Position numbers and translations under genes: made by a program. The notes beneath the pieces are model-generated. The model saw nothing but the letters and a program-made list of their open reading frames with translations. It had not been told where the DNA came from and ran no database searches. 64,000 bases of DNA. Origin: Pecten maximus (Eukaryota). Numbering within the stretch: the first letter of the stretch is position 1; each line of letters begins with the position of its first letter. This document shows positions 37,201-50,905 of the stretch, in pieces. The stretch covers positions 34,720,001 through 34,784,000 of the forward strand of contig NC_047016.1 in the NCBI RefSeq assembly GCF_902652985.1, read 5' to 3'.

Positions 37201-38079
37201 AAGAGATTCTGGCAATGACAATTGTTTATTCTCGTAAACAGTACAGTGCAGAGAATATGGACATTATCAAATAGATAACAGTAATGCATTGTAAAACAGG
37301 ATGGATATTTATTATCTCATTTATATTAATAATGAATTCAGCCAATGAAATAAGTTCATTTTGATTACGAAATTGAATAATGTATGAAATCTAAATAAGT
37401 TCATTTTGAGTTACGTAATTGAATAATGTATGAAATCTAAATACATTTGGTCTATCATAATAATATCTAGACATATTTCCGACAGATAATTATCATATCG
37501 GGAAGAGAACCGCTCCAAGTACACTACCTTGGGCCACCCCATCGTCAGAAAGAGACGCGTTCTCGGGAACGGAAACGCACATCTTGCCAGCGGTATTGTT
37601 CTCAATATTAAATGACGTGAATGGAAACGTTCCAAGCAGACAGATTTTCACATATGGTGACGCGCCAATCATTGTGACGTCATTAATATACGTACTCTAG
37701 TCGTTGATACAGCTAAGGTGGTTCAGCATACGCATTTTACGTCTCTATAAAATTTCTCTCAGGCGAAAATTTCAATAAAGACACTCAACGCTCTCAAGAA
37801 GAGAATTCCGAGCAATTATTCTAGGGAACCAGGTCTATTCATAAAGAATTTTATTGTCAGAACTGAGTCATACATCGAGTTAAGTAGGGTCTTCAAATCA
37901 TCGAGACTGTTCGTGATAAAGGAGTTTGACTATACATGTTCTTTAAGATGTGTTATTAGAAATATTCCATTAGTATAGTTTGTAGCTTGATTGTTGAACA
38001 AATGTCAATAGAAGGGATCAGTGTTGATTGTTCGTGGTCTTAATACAGTATCTGTCACTCTGACGGAGCGTGCTTCTCT

Positions 38080-38142
38080 TTGACTCAGGAGGTAGAGCCG
38101 TGGCTTACCACGCCGGAGACCCGGGTTCGATTCCTGTCGGGG
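38080..38142 (+). pseudogene. tRNA-like fragment (Gly/Asp-related; SINE head or tRNA pseudogene)
   Basis: TGACTCAGGAGGTAGAGCCGTGGCTTACCACGCCGGAGACCCGGGTTCGATTCCTG. The B-box is canonical and the anticodon-arm-like loop TTACCAC is present, but there is no good acceptor stem. Confidence 0.6.
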
Positions 38143-38651
38143 CACTTGTCAGGAATGTGTTTCCCTATTCTTTCACATACGGAAGGTTGAATAGCGGTCT
38201 AAGTTGATGATTGATTGGAGTTAAAGTGATGCCAGCCTACGTTTATATCACTACAATATTGATTTTAATCGGATACGTGTAGAGGTGAATAACATTTAAG
38301 GTAATGTACGCACTCCATCTCATTTAGTGGGCGATTGTCACTTCAATTTCCGCAACAAAATGTCTTCAAATATGGCCGTTTGATTCGATTAATAAGCTCT
38401 GCGTTTTATTTATTAGTTGAAAAAAAAAAAAAAAAACACACAGAAAAAGCTTTCAGGGTGTCATTGAATGTGCGACAGTTTTCAAGTTTTGTCTCTCCTA
38501 GCTGCATGTAAATGAACCTAACTACACACAAAAAAATCCGCTTTTTAATTCCAATTCACGAAATTGCATTTGGGTTAACCAGGTTTCGTATAACGCGGAC
38601 ACTCGTCACATCTCGACATTCACTTAAAAAACCTGTATTGCTGAAGGATAC

Positions 38652-38716
38652 CGGAATCAGCCGAGATTAGCCGAATGGTTACTTTGAGTGCAATATCAAT
38701 ATCTCGGCAGATTCCG
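38652..38716. repeat. 16-bp inverted repeat (one mismatch); probable MITE relic
   Basis: CGGAATCAGCCGAGAT ... ATCTCGGCAGATTCCG. Confidence 0.7.
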
Positions 38717-41396
38717 TTAAAGCTCGGTTTCTGACATCAAGGCTCGGGTTCCGAAACTTGACAAGATTGACTGAGATGGTGCGGTTGTCACAAAAACATT
38801 CTTCTAGTCTTGTAGAATGTGTATTTCAGGTTCCTGATCACGAAAAAAACCTCAACTCTTTTTCGTTGAATTTTATCTTATCACAGACAATTTATTATGA
38901 TCACTAAAATGGTATTGGAAGTTGATCGAATATACGACAAATGAAACCAACTCACAGTTAGTGCGCCTTCCCCGTTCTGCCGATATTCTATTTATACAAT
39001 TGGACGGCGACCCTTCAATATGCCAGATCTTAGTTCAATAAGTTCTATTCTAGCTGGTGATTCACTCCCTGACCTCCGAGTCCTCCTCAGAATGACTCGA
39101 TATGTTGGAATAGACTTTAATGTCTACGTGTAAATCCAATAATACGACCTTACATTATCCAATTTAAGTGATTATCCGGGATACGAGCATTTGTTGACCG
39201 CGGTCAGCTTATGGTCATTTCTTTTTAGTAGCATATCATTCTGTACCGTAAATATGGCGGCACATTTCCGGTCCGGAATTCTAACACCGTCTACGGCCTG
39301 ATAATTAGTCAATATCAGCAACACGAAATCTTTGACTTTCAAACGACACCTCTTTTGTATTTGCCGACAGATATTGAGTTTCAGATATAATGTTACAATT
39401 TGCTACCATTTGTGTTGGAAGTTGATACAGAACTCACTTCTCGGATTCCTGATAGATAGGAGCATAAATCTAAAGTTTAAATCAAAAATGATCCAACCTC
39501 ATTAGCAGGAATCGTCTTGATTTCCTGTTATTTAGCTTTGAGAGAACGAGGTTGGTATCTATTTCTGTTTTAAATGACTTCAGATGAAATTTGTTTGATA
39601 TCTCGATTGGCTCTGAAATCCGGAAAGACTTTTTGTAAAGAAACGAAGATCTGTAGACAATGTTTTCAGTAATGGGGACATATATATACACTGTGACTTG
39701 TTTTTGATGGGGAAATGGCAATATGCAGTAGATTATCGGACACAATCCAATTTTCAATCCCATTTCTGCTCTACCGTATATCACGACTGCTTGCCACTGT
39801 ATGTGATATATCCATGATAGCCTATTATGCTTTCCTTCTCCCTTCTTCTCTTGTTCCCTGCCGATCGTGTATAAAAATAAGAAAAAGTTGTGTCATATGG
39901 TTAAATGGAATCACACACACTGACATTTCGATAAGGTCTATTGCTCGTGCAGTCTATGAAAATGCCAACGATCTCTCGACTGATAGCTACAAAATCAATG
40001 AGGGCAGGGAAACTCCATTGTTACATAAAAGTGTAGTGTGATTGTTCGTTCTTGATAAAACAAAATATATACATGTATTAGGTCATTATCAAAGGTGGAT
40101 TGACATATATAGAGAGATAATTTTGTAAAAAAAAAATTAATCAATAAAAAAAAACAATAAAAAAACAAAACAAATTGAAATAAATCAAATAAAAAATAAA
40201 TTTGAATGTACAACACATACTGAATATATTACTTGACGAGTTATGATAACAAAATCAAATCATCATGTTAATGACGCCTTCAAAGAAAATCTGTTAAATG
40301 AAATAGTTCGAAGAAAACGGAAGGTCCATTTCGCAACCATAGAAAAAAACTTTTTAGTTTTAAATAGGCAAGATCTATTTTACATACAATATAATATATC
40401 TTTTAAGTAAATATAAGAAAATATGTATTTAGTGTCGGCAAATACACGGAAACATGCCCGGTGTTCCGGAAGTATGCTTCATGGCCTCACATGTGGCACC
40501 CATTACACACAGACAAACACCTTTATGTTTGTGTGTGGTGGTAGATAACAATAGGTATATTAAAGAAGTCGTTTTATGTATCAATAACATTTTTTTTTAA
40601 ATATTGATAACCTTTCACGAAAACACAGGGACCCGAGAATTATTAACTATCAAGATGATTTACAGCCCGGATGTATTCAGGGCTACACGTATCTCGATGA
40701 GTATAAATTGTTGTGAACTGTTTTATGGAGCTAGATCATCACCCGGTAAAACTGGTCAATTACGTCTAGACGAATGAAACTCAATTAACGTTATTTTTGT
40801 CTATTAGACACACGTACGCTAGGAAATCACAGTCGGTAATCGCATTGTGGTCAAAGGAATGCTGGGACAATAACAACAGAGACTAGCAACGTAATAACGA
40901 AGCTATAATTCTAACTAAATAGACAAACGGAAAGGAAAATGCTTATATATCTAGCCATCAGAAAATCAAGCATGTTTATGAAATAAGCGTTTTCTGGACC
41001 CCGTATTAATGTTGTACCCATCACGTGTAGCGGAGACGAAAGAGCATGCTTGAAACGACGAACTGCGGCCTATACTGCACAGGGGCCTCGCATTTTTTCA
41101 CAGTCTATTTGTCTTTGGAATTGTCCTTGCGTATGTATAATATAATATGATAGCACGTTTTCAGACTGTTTTGTATACTAGCACGTTTTCAGACTATTTG
41201 TGGGCTAGATAAACATTCAGTAAAAATGTCACCCCTCGATGATCATGCTATATAGCGAAGCTCTTGTACCCTTTAGGGAATGGTCTTTTCAAGATGGCGA
41301 ACCAAGACGGATCACAAAAAGTGGGTGTGCACTTAATGTTTTCTTTGGTATCTCCTTTCTATGAAACATTGAATAATACAACAATTGGGTCTTAAA

Positions 41397-41485
41397 CTCT
41401 TCCTTTCTTCCCTTTCTTTCTTTCTTTCTTTTCTTTCTTTCTTCTTTCTTTCTTCTTTCTTTCTTCTTTCTTTCTTTCTTTCTTT
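41397..41485. repeat. (TTTC)n polypyrimidine microsatellite
   Basis: Seen directly. It explains the K/E/R-rich ORF at 41333-41545. Confidence 0.92.
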
Positions 41486-42889
41486 TGTTTTGATAACCCT
41501 AGCAATAACGTCAAACCCCGGTAAACAAAAACAATTGTGTTCCAAAGCAGATAATGTATAGTTTATCGTCAGATATAGTCTTATTTACAAGAATGAACAC
41601 ACATTAAAACACCGACAGTATAGCTGTGTTTTACAGCCTGTGGATTACGAGTCTGTGCATTGCCTGACAAGCCGGAATGACTTACCATCTCCGAATGCGA
41701 ATGATTATCAGAATTAAACATCTCGATTTCTTTCAGTTTACAGAACCTAAATTGAATTAATTTAGAAAATTAATAGTTGTAGTATTTTTCTCGCCATTTA
41801 AACTGCTGTGGTTCCCAGTGGGGATGCCCTGCCGCCTTCACTCCGCGTTATCCGTCTAAGTTAGCATAAACTTTCCGTCAATAAATTCCGGATATTACTT
41901 CCAATTTAGGTACGCAATAAATAACAGACAACCCGATGCTGGCGGGAGGCGAACACGTGCCATTCTCAAACTACACAATACAATGTACTGAACTAACGCC
42001 AGAAACAACAACGTCTTTATAACATCCGCTATGGGGATTTGAAAAATTCGAAATGTTTATCTCTAAATAAAGAGGCTGAAAATGAGAAATTTTTTATATG
42101 TGTATTTTTTTCTTTAATCTCCGATTTCCAAAGAATGATCTGCAATATCCCCCTCGCAGTTCCTTGTGGTATCTGCGTGTATAAACATTCCACGATTATT
42201 TAAATAGTTGACCCTTAAGTGCTTTATTTTAATCAAAACAAGATGGCGGTATCATGTGCTGAATGTAATTTCACGTAGCTACAAAGAAAACAGAAATACT
42301 GACATAGTAACGAAACCGTACTTCTAACTAAAATAAATAAATGAATGAATAAATAAAAATAAGTCAAACAATGCCGAAATATGTACCGAAATAGAGATTA
42401 GCATGGCTACCTTTGAAAATTGATGTTTTCGTAAAACTGTGAAATGTATCTGAAAGTCTTCGTGAATGACTGAGGGACGCGTACCAATAACATTCCGCGT
42501 ATTAGGGAACTCAAAATATAAAATATTTATGAAGGAGTTGGCGAGTTGTAATCTACCAGGAAATGTATCTGGCGTAATTATTTTACGGAAATAATCATAT
42601 TAAAGACCTATGCCAAACTAATTAAATTCGTGTAAATCATTCAATGTCGAAAAAATATCAACAATATTATCACATAAGGTAGCACAGTTGCTTCCATATG
42701 TGTGGTGGACCGAATGGTGCTCTGGTGAGATCAGAATGTTTAATTTGTTTTTCTAATTCTAGGATGACTTTAGTTTCTTATTCGATCAGATTAGCATTAC
42801 TGCAGTATAATATGTTTTAACCGAAATCAATCAAAAGTGATAATGATATAATAATTTGGAGTTTTAGATACCACTCTCTCACAGGAACA

Positions 42890-43202
42890 TAGCCGTCTCA
42901 AAGCGGCTCACAATTAATTTTCGTGGTGTTTGGGCCTTTAGTATCCAACCAATGTCCCCGTAATTCCCCGAGGAGAATACAGGCGGAGCTGCCATTTTGG
43001 CGCTTACTGCTGACACACGACAATACATGACACACGACAATACTTACACTGCCCTATCATGTACTCATTTACCGCCGAGTCGACTGGAACACAACCGAGT
43101 AAAGTATCTTGTTCAAGGATACAAGCGCCTGGGCCAGACTCTAATTAGCGACCTTTCGGTCACGTAGCTCTGCGTCCTATACCACTACACCACCGTTCAT
43201 CC
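42890..43202 (-). mobile_element. CORE-domain tRNA SINE (family D) with L2-like tail
   Basis: Minus strand: A-box TGGTGTAGTGG, CORE-like TGTATCCTTGAACAAGATACTTTACTC..AGTCGACTCGGCGGTAAATGAGTAC, and tail TTGTGAGCCGCTTTGAG. A second copy lies at 35678-35853. Confidence 0.78.
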
Positions 43203-44284
43203 TAACACGGGATTTCACAAAGTATTCTTTAGCAAGAAATATCTGTAAAAAGGATAAATGGCAGAGTTTTATGCTGGTGGTTATAATGTAAAACTGCTGG
43301 TGAAATAAATTACAAAATTATATCAGTTTGAATAATTTTTGGTGATAATAAGACTGCATTTGAATCAGGAATATGATGTTATTAATGTGTCATTTAAAAA
43401 AAGATACATCCACTTATTTAGCTTGCATTCAATCTTAGTTTTGTTTCGTTTTAACTGCAAATCTGCATTTTACATTTACCGCTACATTGACCAATCACAT
43501 ACTTCATCTTTACCAGTTACGCCACCGGTCGCGTCATATCCGGGGCCAGAAGAATGATATACGGCTATGCCGAAAAACCATATTCCTAAAAAAAAAAATT
43601 AATAAAAAATAAAAAAATTGTCCTTTTCATATTTCCACATATTTCCGTGCCAAATATCTTCTTTGTAAAGCCAAAAGTTCGGAAACATCGAATCAGAAGA
43701 TTTTAGATGATATATTGAGGATGGCTTAGTTAACGGCCTGACGGCGTGATAGCGTCGACGTAAAATATCTCTTGTTTTCGCCGAGAATTTCGATATTTGA
43801 GTATCTAATTTGTTGACATCTGACTTCAGCTTAAGACTCGGATGTCCAGCCTGGTTATATTACTTTACATAAATAAGTCGTTCTTCTCAGAACACGGATG
43901 TTTTGCAGACATTCACGGCGGAAGGTTCTCATATTCTTACTCAATATGTCAGACGCCATGGCGCTTCACGACGGGGTAGGAACTTAGGTCGTCAGCCACG
44001 CCAATAAGGTTCACCTTCCATTGCCGATAATTTACTAGAGGAGGTAACAGGTCGGGTTTCAAGCCGATAGACATTGTGTATGGTCAGTGAACATGTCTAT
44101 CCTTTACACCTATTCATCACGCATGTTATTGGCAGCGACCGTGACCCGCGTGCACGCTGGCGTACAGTAGTTTCTCTAGTTTTCTTTTGGCTTTTGTTTG
44201 TTTGTTTGCACGTCTTGGAAATAAAGAATTTTAAAGCGGTTCTTAAGTTGCTGTCTATGATATGTAATAGTAGATAAGAAGATT

Positions 44285-44680
44285 AATAGAGCCTCCCCCC
44301 TCCCCCCCTGCCGTGACGGTGTGACAGGGAAATCTGGATCCCGAGGGATCCTATTTTAGACTGTCTAACCCGAGGTTCTGCCGAGGGTTAGACAATCAGG
44401 AATGTCATCCTAAGAGTTGAGAATTTCTGTCACGTCCCCAGGGTAGGGGATGATTAGCTTTCTCTCATCATACTAATTTATCTACGCGGGGTCCAGTTGT
44501 TTTAATGTTGGGGAATAGTATAGGCTAAATCAACAAAATGTTGACGTGACGTAATTGCATTGTTGTCATAACGTCATTCTATTAATGTCGTGACGTCATT
44601 CTATTGTTGCCAGCACTTGCCATCTGTCATAACATAGGGATTGATAGAGAAATCGTGACGTATTTAGGAATGATGAGAGG
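44285..44680. mobile_element. Non-autonomous hairpin element (Crypton-like architecture)
   Basis: Nested IRs GTGACAG/CTGTCAC (44321/44433) and TGTCTAACCC/GGGTTAGACA (44362/44394), palindrome GGATCCCGAGGGATCC, a second IR CTCTCATCAT/ATGATGAGAG (44462/44679), and a TGACGT-rich body. The family assignment is inferred. Confidence 0.55.
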
Positions 44681-45333
44681 ACAAAAAACATATTTCCGTC
44701 GACTAAAATATGGTTTTTGGATTTAGAATGTTACGTGGGGGAACGTCTGGTTTCATTTTCTGGAATGATAAACAGCGAACGGAAAGGAATTATATTAGAT
44801 GTAAAATGAAACCAGAGTATTCTAATGACGCCTACATATAAGGACTCTAAATTTGCATGTCCCTGTGTTTTCATGTTGTTTGTTAAAACGACGATTTGAA
44901 ATTAATACCCCAACACGTAAAGTATGCGAATTCCCCTCATTTGCATGAACTAGACTACGCTTGCTATTATTTACAAACTTGCCGTTGTTATGCACTCTAA
45001 CGAGAAATGAATGCAGATACATCCGGGACACATCGCGCGCCTCGGAGTTAACAAACGTTTTAGGATGTGATTTAAATCAGTAAATAAATTTGAAGATGTG
45101 TAAGATGGACTTTCTTGCGAAACAATTTCAGTGAATTTATTTTGAAAAAATAGCTATCTTGCAATGACGGCCTCATTGTGCTTTAGGCTTTAAGAAAACA
45201 GAAAGTAGGACGCTTCATGCATAAAATAGCGTAACTCTTGATATTCAAAGAATGAAGTCAATATGCTAATCTAACTACCACTAGTGTAAGTAAAATTACA
45301 CGCTGGAGGAGATATTTCTACTCTAAAGTTTGT

Positions 45334-45596
45334 NNNNNNNNNNNNNNNNNNNNNNNNNNNNNNNNNNNNNNNNNNNNNNNNNNNNNNNNNNNNNNNNNNN
45401 NNNNNNNNNNNNNNNNNNNNNNNNNNNNNNNNNNNNNNNNNNNNNNNNNNNNNNNNNNNNNNNNNNNNNNNNNNNNNNNNNNNNNNNNNNNNNNNNNNNN
45501 NNNNNNNNNNNNNNNNNNNNNNNNNNNNNNNNNNNNNNNNNNNNNNNNNNNNNNNNNNNNNNNNNNNNNNNNNNNNNNNNNNNNNNNNNNNNNNNN
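45334..45596. other. Assembly gap
   Basis: Run of N. Confidence 1.
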
Positions 45597-46339
45597 TTGA
45601 TATGTAATACTACAGGCAATGTTTTTTCGTTAATGTATGTTTATATCCGTGAAACAGACTTTCTATTTTTTTAACCAAAAACAGGAACATGTTACAGACA
45701 CGGTTGGTGCGCATGCATTTCTATTTTTACTTCCTTTACATGTTATGGACAAAAAAGGAAAGTAAGAAACTTTGAAGCGCACTTGCTTAAGTCTTCTGAT
45801 ATTCCTGTCAGGAACAAATTATTTGTTTCCGATGCATTTTACAATTAAAGTATCAGATGTATCGTATGCTTATGACCCTTCGAGGTTAGAAGTATGCTTG
45901 ATTAGCCATATTTGATTACCAAAGGATAAAGCGTTTACACGGCCTAACTTAATAGTAGTATAATCGAACAAATGTTAACGTAAACTACCGTTCCAATAAT
46001 CAATCGAAACATCCGTCTCTTTTGGTGTGGTGGTGTGGTAGCAGATCCATGTAGATGTAACACGGACCAGTTCCCACTTCTCACACACATCACATACTGC
46101 TTCAATACAAGAGTAATTCATTGCAGTATCTTGGCAATGAAGTACTACGCCAAAATTGTTGACAACGAGCACCTGTCTAAAACACCGATTTATGTCGCCT
46201 GAATGCTTTCGTTAGACTAGTTTGACTGTTACTAACATCGCACTCTCGGGAAAAACAAAAAAATATGATAGACAATATCCACAATTTGATAAATCCTTAA
46301 GTCCAACCCAAAACCGATAAATGGAATATGCACAAAATA

Positions 46340-46640
46340 TACAGAGTTGCATGGAGACACCCTCTGTTCCGTAAGGGGAAGCGTCTCCTGCTCCATCGAG
46401 GGCACCGGCCATATATATCCAGGTCAAATACGGGTTAAATCTCTTTCTCAGTATGAGACTAACGTGACTACACATGTCATAAGGAAACATCGGCCAGTGA
46501 TATCACGATATCGACGATAAATCATTCCCATTGTCTCCGTCAAACTGTATCTATGGTGTAGACCATACAACATTCCCATTGTCTCCGTCAAACTGTATCT
46601 ATGGTGTAGACCATACAACATTCCCATTGTCTCCGTCAAA
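46340..46640 (-). mobile_element. Probable Penelope-like 3' fragment with a 48-bp tandem duplication
   Basis: TCCGTAAGGGGAAGCGTCTCCTGCTCCATCGAGGGCACC resembles a common mollusc Penelope-associated repeat (from memory). The YGLHH/YRRYRD translation resembles FYGRHHD. CATTCCCATTGTCTCCGTCAAA recurs every 48 bp. Confidence 0.5.
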
Positions 46641-47664
46641 ATGCATCTCTTGATGTAGAACGTTGTAATAAAGAGAAGTCGACTGCTAGATTGTGTAACA
46701 TTTTATAGGGATTTTTAAATGTAAAATATGCATTTGTAAAGAATGTGGGTGTTTAATTGCAAATGACACACGAACCGAATTTTTCTTGCCAGGTGCCAAA
46801 TTATTGTCCTTGATCATTCAGTGTGTCGCCTGTTTCGCAATTCAAAATGTTTCATGACCTGGAAAAAAATATCATATCTCCTGGCTGTCTCCGTCAATTT
46901 TGTTGCAAGTAATTGTTTGGAAAGGACGATTTGAATATCCTCACGGAAGAGTTTCGAAAATGAGTGACAGTTTCTCGACAATAATTGAAATTGGCCGAGT
47001 CGGGGCTGATCACTTCATAAATTGAATTTATTATCCAAAAAACATAACTAACTAGCAGAGCATTGCCCTACAACGTTGTAAATCATAGATCTACATATTC
47101 TAACATAAAATTACCATGTTAAGCTATTATACGGTCCATTGAATTATTCACGGGACCCATTGTCACAGTCCTTTTCACCAAAAGTGCAAAGAGTTTTAGG
47201 GAACCCGACTATTGATTCATCAGCGTCATTTTACCTCTTGCGCCTTCCATCACCATTTCTGGTGAGATTATGGCAGGGTGTAATTGACTGACCTGTAGAA
47301 ATACTTATTAATATCTCTCATCCAAAGTGTCACACTGTATCGCTATCTACACTGTAATTCAACATGACTTGCAGTATTGGGTAGTGACAACAGACGAGAG
47401 CCAGTCCACGTGGTTGGCGATTACAATATTAAAGAGGCTAGGTATATATAATTATAGATGGGCCCTGCACTAGCCCTAGTCGGCTATCCGTCCGTGTTAA
47501 CAACATTGGCCCCAAGGCCTGACATCATTAACATCAGATCGAGACAAAATCGATCATGTAGTCAAGTCTTATGCATGCGCAGAATATTCGAGGAGACCTC
47601 GTAAAATGATTTATTATCTCATAACGTGCTGTATAATTCGTCGGGTATTTAAGTTGTGTGATAC

Positions 47665-47755
47665 TCCAAGTTTCCTTTCTCTCCTGTCCGTCTATTTACG
47701 GAAAATATGACGTCTTTCCGTTAAATAGACGGATAGGAGTTAGAGGAAAGTTGGA
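47665..47755. mobile_element. Fold-back MITE (~40-bp arms)
   Basis: TCCAAGTTTCCT..CTCCTGTCCGTCTATTTACGGAAA pairs with TTTCCGTTAAATAGACGGATAGGAG..AGGAAAGTTGGA. Confidence 0.8.
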
Positions 47756-47849
47756 CTGTGGCGATGAATGACGTCATTAAGCTTTGTGAGTAACTTCAGG
47801 TTTCACTAGCCAATTGGAAAGTTAATTTATGGATTAATATTCTATAACG

Positions 47850-48260
47850 TACGGGGGCTGATTGATATGCTTTGAGCCTCGTATTGAAGGAGGTACTCAT
47901 AGATGTTCTTTTTTATGTCCTACTGTTCTCTTACTATATAGGGCCGTGTACCCAAGGACTGGTCTCATTTTGCAATTGAATATCGACGAGGTGGCACTCT
48001 AAAGTAAACAAAATTGACAAAATAGATGAAAGAGTAGTGATACAATATTTGCATGAAAAGGTTTAACAACTTAAGATATCCTTAATGATATATATGGTAG
48101 CAACACTAGGGAAAGATGCCCCTTCATATGTTACAGTGAAAAGGAGGGTGGAGGAATTTAAGCGCGGCTGACAGAGCCCTTGAGGATGACCCCCGTCCTG
48201 GAAGCCCTGTCTATGTTGCAACCCCAGAAATGTTCAATAACATTCATGATATTGTTGGAA
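47850..48260 (+). mobile_element. Mariner transposon 5' relic (TIR plus transposase N-terminus)
   Basis: TA followed by CGGGGGCTGATTGATATGCTTTGAGCCT, a mariner-type TIR. Translation from 48013 gives DKIDERVVIQYLHEK..MVATLGKDAPSYVTVKRRVEEFKRG*QS/LEDDPRPGSP..TPEMFNNIHDI, a mariner HTH region with the EDDPRSGRP-type linker. The frame is disrupted. Confidence 0.88.
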
Positions 48261-48439
48261 CATATACTACGTTTTGTGGCTGCCATTTTCGTAAGTCTTG
48301 CTCATTCTGCGATTTACAAACTGTAACAATGTGTTCATTATGGTATATGCTTAGCGCTCGAAATGAGAAAGCATGCTTGAATATCATTTTGCGACACACC
48401 TGAAGTCGCTCGTGGTGTTGGGCACAAGGGAGGTTTATT

Positions 48440-49700
48440 GAACTTAAATTTTATGGTATATCAGGTTCTTTCGGGCAGAAACAAATATAGTTTCAAATTA
48501 ATGTTCTCGCATTACTGCTAATAAGGCTGGAGTTCCACAAGGCTCTATAATCAGACTCCTATTATTTGTGAATAACACTAATTATTCTGCCGATGTTCAG
48601 GGTCGAAGCATCTCGCCCTTTTTGCCGACAATGGTTGTCTTAATTGTAATAAGAATTGAAAAAACCTTACACAATACTTTGAACTGTTAAGTAATTAGGC
48701 GAAAACAATGGTTGGTCAATGTTAATCCAGGTAAAACAGTCGTGATGTTTATATTGAAACTCAGACGAATTGGATGAGAGTCTTGAATTGAAATTTGGCA
48801 ACGAGTTTTTAATAATCGCAATAGACATTTTGTGGCGTTATTTTAAACGTGTATTATACTTTTATTCGAATATGCTAATGAGCTATGGGATGGATGCAAT
48901 GTTTGAAAGTCCAACGAGAAACTATCTAAAACGTTTATTATGCTTTTATTCGAATATGCTAATGAGCTATGGGATGGATGCAATGTTTGAAAGTCCAACG
49001 AGAAACTGCTTGTATCATAATTGTTCATATGCAAATATTCTAATTTGGAAAACGGACGGTAACACGATTAAGCTAGGTTTTTAAAGCTGTTTTGACCCAT
49101 ATAGTAAGACGACTCACCCATATCATCCTATCAATAGAAAACTTTCCACTACTTTGTCCTTTTTAACCTGAACCGTTTACGTCTATAATGACTAAGGTAG
49201 TACCCCTAAATCTGTCCCATTCCTGGACATGCCTAAAAATAGCCCACCCAAGGTTCAAATAATTGACAACTTACAACTTATTGTGCTTTTGGTGATTGGC
49301 ACATTGATATACTGCATTACCAAGTTGCGTCACCAAAACGGTTTTCGCTGGTAAGGGTTATTTCGTGTTCGTCTTGTAGAAAACCCTGGATGCTTATGTG
49401 GTAACCCTGGTGAGAACGCCGTTCATGTTTGTCTGTTTCTCCTCGTCATGACAGTCATAAGTGTCTTTCACAGCTTAGACGATTTAGATATAAACATAAA
49501 AAATGAACTTCTTCTTGTTTTCGGAATGAAAACTTGCCCATGGATGCAGACTTTACGATTTTTAGTGTGCCATTTAATGGAACCAGCACCAGATTTGAAA
49601 TGCTTTACCAAATAATAAGTAACGGATTTTCTTTTCTAAGTTTCAGAGTGGAATGCTGTTTTTACTATTCTTTTGGTAAGTGTTTAAATCTGTACTTGTT
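48440..49700 (+). mobile_element. Decayed CR1-type LINE ORF2 3' part
   Basis: Motifs in the correct order: AGVPQGSII (48526), LFADN, QWLVNVNPGKTVVM, LFEYANELWDGC, KVQRETACII and C-terminal CLCGNPGENAVH (49391). It contains an 84-bp tandem duplication at about 48844-49010. Confidence 0.88.
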
Positions 49701-50905
49701 TTAAGAAAGGACTTGTGTCAAATCCAGCTGCTTTTTAAATCAGTACATGGCTATTTTTATAAGCGGTACCATGGCCTTGATTAAATGATAGTCGTGAACA
49801 TTATTCGACCGATATTGTCTGTGTTTTTCTACACGATTCCCTTCCCTGTATATATCATCAGATAGAAACCTCTGTCATCGACCTGTACATCGACATTGTA
49901 AATTCCTTTACATATTTCTATAATTAATAATGATTTTTCTGAATTGCTTTTATCAATTCTATAATTATTTCCTGTGGTACGATTAACGAAAGGAATCACT
50001 CGTCCAGATCGCTTTGATATTAGCGTATTTCATAGATAAAAACCCACTTCATGTTCTGGCCAATTTCTTTATTAATAGTGCCTTTGCTAATATTGACTGG
50101 GGTTATATTCGCTGCAAAGCTGTTAATGAGCGAAATTACAGGTACTGACTTGCATCGACGTCAATTAACAGCATGATCAACCCGTATACACCGTACACAA
50201 TGATAACCAGGTACTGATCCTATATAATTTGTGTAGCATCGATTTCTTTTGATGTAGGCTCATATCACCTGTCTGCATTGAAGTATACAACGAGTGTCAT
50301 TTATATGAAAAAGTTGAGAAATATATCACCTATCCATACACGATATTGGCGAACACATACGAACGTGATATACAAGAGGTGGGGAAAAGTTCATCGCCAT
50401 TTTGTTAATGTCTAAATGATTCTCCCTGCGATGTTTAACATTTTGTTAGACAAGATATGAAGCATGGAAAATAAAACTGATCAAAATGACGTTCATAGCC
50501 ATATATTTACATTCTGTATTGTCTATTTGGTGTTAATAACCCAAATTGTAGTGATTCGGTTTGTGTAGGAATACGTTTCCAGGTGTTCTTGATAAAACAA
50601 ATAAAGCATGGCTGCTGGATAATTTTGGTATCAATAAGATTTGAAAGCTTTTTGAAATTGTTAGCATTCAGTCATGTATGCCACCACAAAAAATATAGCA
50701 ACTTCACACGTTATGACGCTACATTTATTTATTATAACAAATACAGTTTTCGGATTTTGAGAGTCAAATGGGGTATCGACAAGGTTTTTGGAGTTGTGGC
50801 TATTCACAGAGGCGTACCTTACTCTAAATTCCGAAATCCTGTGAATGTCATCTGCTAGCAAAACGTATCTGACCGATTAGATATGGAGCCTGTTTCAAAC
50901 GAAAT

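Noticed and set aside
45323-45674. ORFs spanning N runs (also 56401-56634)
   Set aside because: Artefacts of the assembly gaps.
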